Shown: piece by piece, positions 57,349-64,000 of the stretch | Numbering within the stretch: the stretch's first letter is position 1 | Layout of the letters: each line of letters opens with the position of its first letter | Assembly: GCA_051294375.1 (NCBI GenBank) | Contig: CM119263.1 | Span: forward strand, 19,806,115-19,870,114 | DNA: 64,000 nucleotides | Direction of reading: 5' to 3' | Source of the DNA: Paraspadella gotoi | Taxonomy: Eukaryota > Animalia > Chaetognatha | The notes under the pieces: generated by a model | Told to the model about the DNA's origin: nothing | What the model saw: only the letters and a program-made list of their open reading frames with translations | Database searches by the model: none | Translations under genes and position numbers: made by a program

Positions 57349-60300
57349 GAGAAACGCACCGGACGTACTTATAGAGACCCACCTCCGTAAAAAATCTTTT
57401 TTTCAGATTTCCCTACGAGGCCGATTGGTGCTTGTGTTGACCCCCTTCGTGAAAGAGAAAAATCCTCCATCTGCGCTCTGGCAGGCCGTTCGTTTCGCCC
57501 GCTTAATAAGACACCGAGGCGACATAGACTCAAATCTAATGACGTGCTTCGACAGGAGCCGCGCGAAACGCGGAACTAGGATTTTTCCCTTTCATTTCGC
57601 TCCGAGACTATTGGAGAAGCTTATTTTACTCTCCAGACTTCTCGAGAAGGAGATAGCAGACGCGATGGAGAAAAAGACAGAAGGGTCAATATTCAGGAAG
57701 GGAGTAAACCGGGGATGGGGGCGAGGGGGGGACGAGACACAGAGAGGGAGGCACTAACGGTGACGTGAACGCGACGGGGGAGACGGACGAACGGGACGTT
57801 GGTGGAGCACGTACTCGAGATCTATTCGGGCTCTCATGGAGACGAAGAGCAGACATACGGAGATTGACGGGGGATAGTGACGGAAGAAGACGGAAAACAG
57901 TAGGTATAAATCGTAAATAGGGTGTTTCCGATTGGGCATAAAAACTTTACAAGTAAAAAACCAGTTTAAACCGGAAGTGAGGTGTCCGTAACTATAAGAG
58001 AATGAATATGGGAGTTTTGTTGTTTTTGAAGGCAGCAGATATTCGACAGCGTGGAAGATTTACCCGACAAACAACCGGTGAAGTTTGTACAATTTACCTC
58101 AGTTTTTTGCACACGCAACAATTTGTTTGTTTTTTGTTTTTGTTTAAAACAAAAAAGTAAAAACAGGCCTGCAACAAACAGAGACAACGCAGGAACGACT
58201 AAAATAGACAAACAAAAAGAGAGAGCAGACCTCTTAATTAAATAAAAGGTTTGACAAAAAGACGGGGAATGAAGACGATGACGATTGACGAAACGACACA
58301 AGGGAAAATAAAGATTTCAATCATGGGGGAATCGAAAGATTGATTGAGGATATAGTGTTAAAATACGACTATTAATGGACAACTCGAACGAGGACGCGAC
58401 AAATTGAAATTGGTAGGAAAACGACGAACTGTCACATACCTGACGACGAACGACGTTCGAGAACATAATTTGCGCGGGTTTGGTAAGATTTGAAGGAAGT
58501 GTATGGAGATAGGATATGGTGAGATGAATACAATAAAAAGAATATGCTACATGTCGGATGACCACAGGAATCGTCCCACCTCGATGGTTGGATAGTTTGG
58601 ACAGCATAAGATAGGTTTCCGAATAAAGTGGGTTAAAACGAAAAAGAACTGAACGAAATAAAGGCCGGGAACGGAACCGCACGACTGATGGACGCGGCGG
58701 ACCGAATGTAGTAGACCGACGTGGTGAGAGCGCGTGAACGATTTGCCGATATAGATAGGCGACCGAGATATACAGCTCTTCGACCAATGTCAGCGATGTC
58801 ATGACAGACAGGAAAATTTAAAGGCGACGCGCGTATAGAAGCACGATGACAACGGAGTGACAAATCCTTGATCAATAGACGGGACGATCTAGTGACGACG
58901 AACGACGGAACGAAACAAACTGACGGAACAGGACGTTTAGCGCGACGGACCGAGTCATGGGTGGTTGATCTCTCGACGACGTAGGTGTCGTATTTGAATC
59001 CGGTGAATTTGGAACTGCGAAAGAATTCGAACAACATGAAAAGACGCAGTTTCTCTTGGCGGGAATATAGGGCACGTTGTCTTCCTAATATCTTTGTACG
59101 TTGCGGAACGCTAAGTCCGCGCGCGCAGTGTCGAGCCATTGTAGAATCCGATCCATTGGTTCAAATCTTTATTTTCACTTTCTTTCTCCTGTGTATGACA
59201 ATCTACGAATTTTTATAATTGTCTCAATCTGTTCCGCCATTACGTCATGCTAGTCATCGTCATCATAAGAGTATCGAGATTACGGTCGTGGCCTGTCGGA
59301 TCGATACCGTCCGTGTCTACTCGGTACAATCAGTCCATCGTCGTGCGCGACATTTAAATTATCGTATATCACGATGGACTTCTCAGACACTAGATATAGG
59401 ATGTTAAGGGAAACATAGGGAGGTATTATTACAATACTCATCTCGTCATACTCGTCCGCCGCATGAGATCATGCGAGGTGAACACGCATATCGATGGATC
59501 GGACGAAATATACGTCATAGCCAGCAATAAAAGGCAACGTGCGTCCGTCGCGCCCCAGAGTGCACAGTGAAAACCACGAAATATCTAAATTCTGATTAAA
59601 ATTTACAGATATTTTCATTGAGTCATTCCCTTAATTAAATCATTTTTTAAATAACAGGGAGAAAACTGTGAAACATCTGAGAATTTAATTTCGAGAGCTA
59701 AAAAATACACAAATTTGTTGTTTGAATAAAGTCTATGGGGTCGCCTCGAACTGGACGTTATTGTCAATATAAATCGTATCACTCACTTCTCCTCTCCCGC
59801 GTCTCCTTCTCTCCTTTTTCCACTTTGACAAGTAAACATTCGAGTCTCGGTTGGACATGACGAAAGTCTTGATGACAGAGTCGGTCGTGAGCGAGTTAGC
59901 GTCATCGAAGACTTCTCGATCACGGTCCTAAGGATCAAAGGGAGAATACAAGAAAATCAAATTGGAAGGATTTTAAGAATTATCAACTCATTCGATCAGC
60001 GTCTGGGGGGGGGAAGTGCGCCAGAGGCATTGATAAGTGAATGATGGGTGAGGAAAAATAATTTGTCGGATGAGTTAAGAGGTGTTAGAATATGAAATTT
60101 AAAGTATTTACATACCTTTGGTACGTTAATCAGGCGAACTGTGATTTTTTTTTTTGGGTGGGTTAGTAAAAATGTGTAATTCGATCTTGTTACAAAGGAA
60201 ATTTATTTGTGTAATTGAACCAAATGAGATTATATTCTATACGAGAAAAAAAAAAACGTTTCGGATTTAGTTAGAAAAATCCTTTATAATTGCAAGCAAA

Positions 60301-61180
60301 GTGTAAAAACGAATAGATATAGTTTGCAACGAGTACTGCGACTGAAGGTTTGAGGAGGAAAGTATTTTTGGTGAAGTCGTTCTACAAGTAACAGATCAAT
60401 TATAGTCATATTTTAGGAGAAGTGATGCTGTGAAGTTCGTGACTGGTGAGGTGTGTGACATTTTCGGAGGAATCGGGTTTTATTGAACGTTGAAGGAGTG
60501 GCTTAACTTGCCCGTGAATCGGTGAGATGGTGGAGATGGTAAATGGTGAAAGGTGTTCAGGCGGAACGATGTGCAACCGATATGAGCGAAAAAGATATTA
60601 CCGCGGAAACCTTGTTTTTTCTTCCAATTCAATATTAATACCGCGGGCTTGACAAAGTAAAAAGATCTTTATGTGTTTTCCTTCGTCGAAAAGAAAATTC
60701 TGCTTCGAACTTGAGATTTGTGAAGAAAAAAAAATTTCAGGAAAAATTTCAAAAAAACACGAACAAATAGAAGAGGAATCTTTCGGTAAGACGGGGTTCT
60801 AGAGAGGTGTTGTGCGGTGGATGGGCGAGTCGTGGGGCATCCAGACGCGAAAGCGCGCCGATGTCCGTCTAGAATTAGTATTGAGTTAGCACAAGAAGGG
60901 AGACAAACGCGTGGTTTTCATCAGGGACAGGCTAGAAAGAAACCATCACTGGGTATTAGGAATAGCCCTTTTTTAAATTTAGTTAGCGTGTTAAGTAAAA
61001 TTGAAGTGTAATAGAAGTAAGATAGTAAATACTATTTCGTATAATGGAAGACAAGGGCTTTGCCGTGCGACGATATGGTGCGACTTCGTCGTAGCACCAC
61101 TAGACAACATATCTTTCTTTGTTTTCATCACAAAAAAAAAATTGTTGCGTGAAAATCTCAGTTGAATATGCGGACTTCAC

Positions 61181-61430
61181 CTAACGATAGGCTGGCGTCT
61201 GCATTTTCGATACTTGTTCGCTTCGCTGGCAGCAATGAAATGATCGAAGGGTTCCTCCAAATGAGGAGCGTCAAAGAAGTAGGACGCGAACCGCCGGAAG
61301 CGATCGTCGACCTGGGAACTGGGGCGCGGAAGCCGCGTAGAGGAGGCGCCTGGAGGCGGTGATGCGCCCGAGAAGTTGAGTTTCGAGAGCCGGAAGACGG
61401 AAGCGATAACTGGAAGCGTTCGCGTCGAGA
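61181..61430 (-). CDS. Orphan candidate exon
   Basis: GC-rich block with acceptor cttccaacgccgcAG and donor TAG|GTGAAG. Two frames are open (one reads ...QVDDRFRRFASYFFDAPHLEEPFDHFIAASEANKY...), so the frame is unresolved. Confidence 0.25.
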
Positions 61431-61674
61431 TCTGCGGCGTTGGAAGAGGAAAGGGGCGTGCAGTTTGAACGGCGTCGCCGCCGCCTAACACCGGCGGCGG
61501 CGACGGAGGGAAAACGTGAGGACGTGATGTGTGAAGGAAATATCACTCCGCGGGGATTAAGGCGATCTGCGTGAGAGAAGAAGGAAAAAAAAATAAGGGA
61601 TGGAATAAAAAATTGTGATCAGATTTCAAGGTCTCGCGTTCTCTCGTTGTTTGTTCTGCCTCTCTTCTCTCTCT

Positions 61675-61765
<91 letters not shown>

Positions 61766-63015
61766 GTAACTCAAACTTTCCTTCACTTTCCCTTTCTGCG
61801 ATTTTCTAAGTATTTCCGCAACTGGAAAAAAGAATGTTAAAAAAGGAATATGATCCTCAATAAAAATGCAAAGGATTCTCCAGTGAGATAAGACTCGATG
61901 CATAAATTGTATGATTTTGAAATCTGTTCCAAGACGAACCAACAATATCCAGTTTTAATATCACCCGGAAAAAAATATTTACTTACATACATTTAGCTAA
62001 AACGATGTATATAGATTTTATACCAGTATATAATATTGTTTTATTATACCAATCATGTCATACTTTGATTTCGAAGACTAAATGATTTCGTGTATTGAAT
62101 TGGATTTTCCTACGCGTTTTTTAATTTTAAAAAAGTTCCGCTTTTCCTTATATTTTCTTTCTTTTTTCCTCTACTTTTTTTTTTTTTCGATGGCGGAACC
62201 GGAAGACAAGTTTGTCGTCAGCGTAGACTGCGTCGTCTTCGCCGAAGCGGTCGTGAAGACGTTCGCGTTCTCGCCAATTCTCTTCCCAGCCTTCTCGCTT
62301 CGATCTCTTAGGGGCCAGAGAAAGGGCTGAAGTGTTGTCTCTAAAAAAATTTGCTCTCTTCACTCTAATCTATTCCAGCCTCTTCGTCTGGAGCTGGCCT
62401 CGCTCCAATGGAGTCGTCGGCCCTCTTTTGCCAGAAAAATGGGATGAAGCTTCATGGCGACGGAAGACGCTTCGTCCGGTGACATTAGAGACGCTTTTGG
62501 CGCGATCACAGAGTCTAAATACGAATGAACCGTGTTTTTGTTTGGTTCGTCGTTTGTTGATTCAATTTGGATGAACAAATGGTGAAACTGAAGAGAGGAA
62601 AGAAGAACAGTTATAGGTAATTCCCGAGTTTTTGAGGGTATTAACAATGTACGACAATCAGTGAGCAAGAGAGTGTAAAGACTAGAAAAAACTGTTGTTA
62701 AGAAAAAACTACTTCAAAAGCGGAATCAAGCGCGACTCTCGTTGGAACCAATTCCCTTTTCGATAATAGCCTCTGACGTCACGAGCGAATGATGGAATTT
62801 CTATTAAAATAAGACGAGTTTGTTGGTTGTGAATTAATAGGAGAAGAAAAAGAAAAAAGAGCGAGAGAGGGAGTGAGTGCGAGAGAATATATTATTGACT
62901 GAGCGGGTAAAAAAAAATGTAGAAGAAATCCATGATAGTCGAATGATTGATGGGACGGAAAGAGAATCAACGAAAGGGAGTGGGAGTGTCGGTGAGATGG
63001 AAGAAGAAAGTGGAA

Positions 63016-63082
<67 letters not shown>

Positions 63083-63233
63083 GTTGTATGCCTTGAAGTC
63101 CACAGATTGGGGGGAGCATAAGGGAAGAAAGATGAGTAAGAGAGGAAACGAGAAGCACAGAGAGAGATGAAAGAAAAGAGACAGGAGGAGAGGAGAGAGA
63201 GAGAGAGAGAAGAGGAGAGAGAGAAGAGAGAAT

Positions 63234-63273
<40 letters not shown>

Positions 63274-64000
63274 AAGAGAGAGAGAGTAACTGAGAGAGAG
63301 AGAGAGATGTAGAGAGAGAGACGAGACAGTCCAAGTAAGAAAGAAATCATTCCTGCATCACTTGGCTTCTCCACATTTGGATGACGTTCTTTTAACATCC
63401 GGTTCAAGAACGAAAAATAATAAAAGAGGAGAAAAAAAAAAGAACGATAAAAAGGACGAAAAAAAAGGCAAGGGGGCAATGAACGAATAAAGCAAAGCAG
63501 GCATGAACAAAAAGGAATAATAAGCCAAGCGGACAGGAATAGAGAAGAATAAAAGAGCAAGTGAGTAATATGACAATAACAATTTAAAAAGAAAACTGAA
63601 AAATAGATTGAAAAAAAACCCCTTTATCTCATCGTCTTTTATAATTGGACGTTAAATCGGGAGAAAATCTCCGTAAAAACCGTAATTTAACGCGATATCG
63701 GAAAATCGATCGAGTCTCTCAGTCGGTAATCGGTTTCAGTCGCCATTCTAGGGTTTAAGTCTTCGCGATTATCGTCGTCGTCGTCTTCGTACGACAACAG
63801 ACATTTTAAAATAATATAAATTTCAAAACAATGTCTGTTTTTGTTAGTGAGTATGAAAATAAAAATTTCTTTTTGACAACCATATAATAAGTAAAGTCGC
63901 CCTGTCGATAAACGGAGATAAGAAGAAAAACCGAAATCTGTACATACAGATTCAGGTTTGTTTATGTTCTTTTTTCCGTTTTTTTTTCCTGTTACTTTTA

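Overview
This is eukaryotic genomic DNA, probably from an animal. It has GT-AG introns, AT-rich intronic and intergenic DNA, very dense (AG/CT)n and (GAC/GTC)n microsatellites, and two N-gaps. I found no prokaryotic features, rRNA, tRNA or CRISPR array. Most ORFs in the track are artefacts of simple repeats. Manual splicing recovers: (1) a partial minus-strand exon at the left edge; (2) a small 3-exon plus-strand gene (2783-4156) with two further candidate exons (8125-9496); (3) a 2-exon minus-strand gene (12479-10625) encoding PAM2-RRM-RRM-PAM2 plus a Q/P/N-rich repeat tail; (4) a 7-exon plus-strand F-box protein with a PP2/Nictaba-like C-terminal domain (12738-22824); (5) a ~15-exon plus-strand gene for a low-complexity protein of unknown function (23153-37458) with a candidate frame-shifting cassette exon. 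Repeats include a TTAA-flanked Kolobok-like MITE, a 7-copy one-end-anchored ~255 bp family, a 2-copy (CT)n-tailed element and a perfect 69 bp palindrome. The last ~26 kb has no confident gene but contains a TATA / GC-rich hairpin / oligo-T unit. All gene models and domain calls were made by eye, without database searches.
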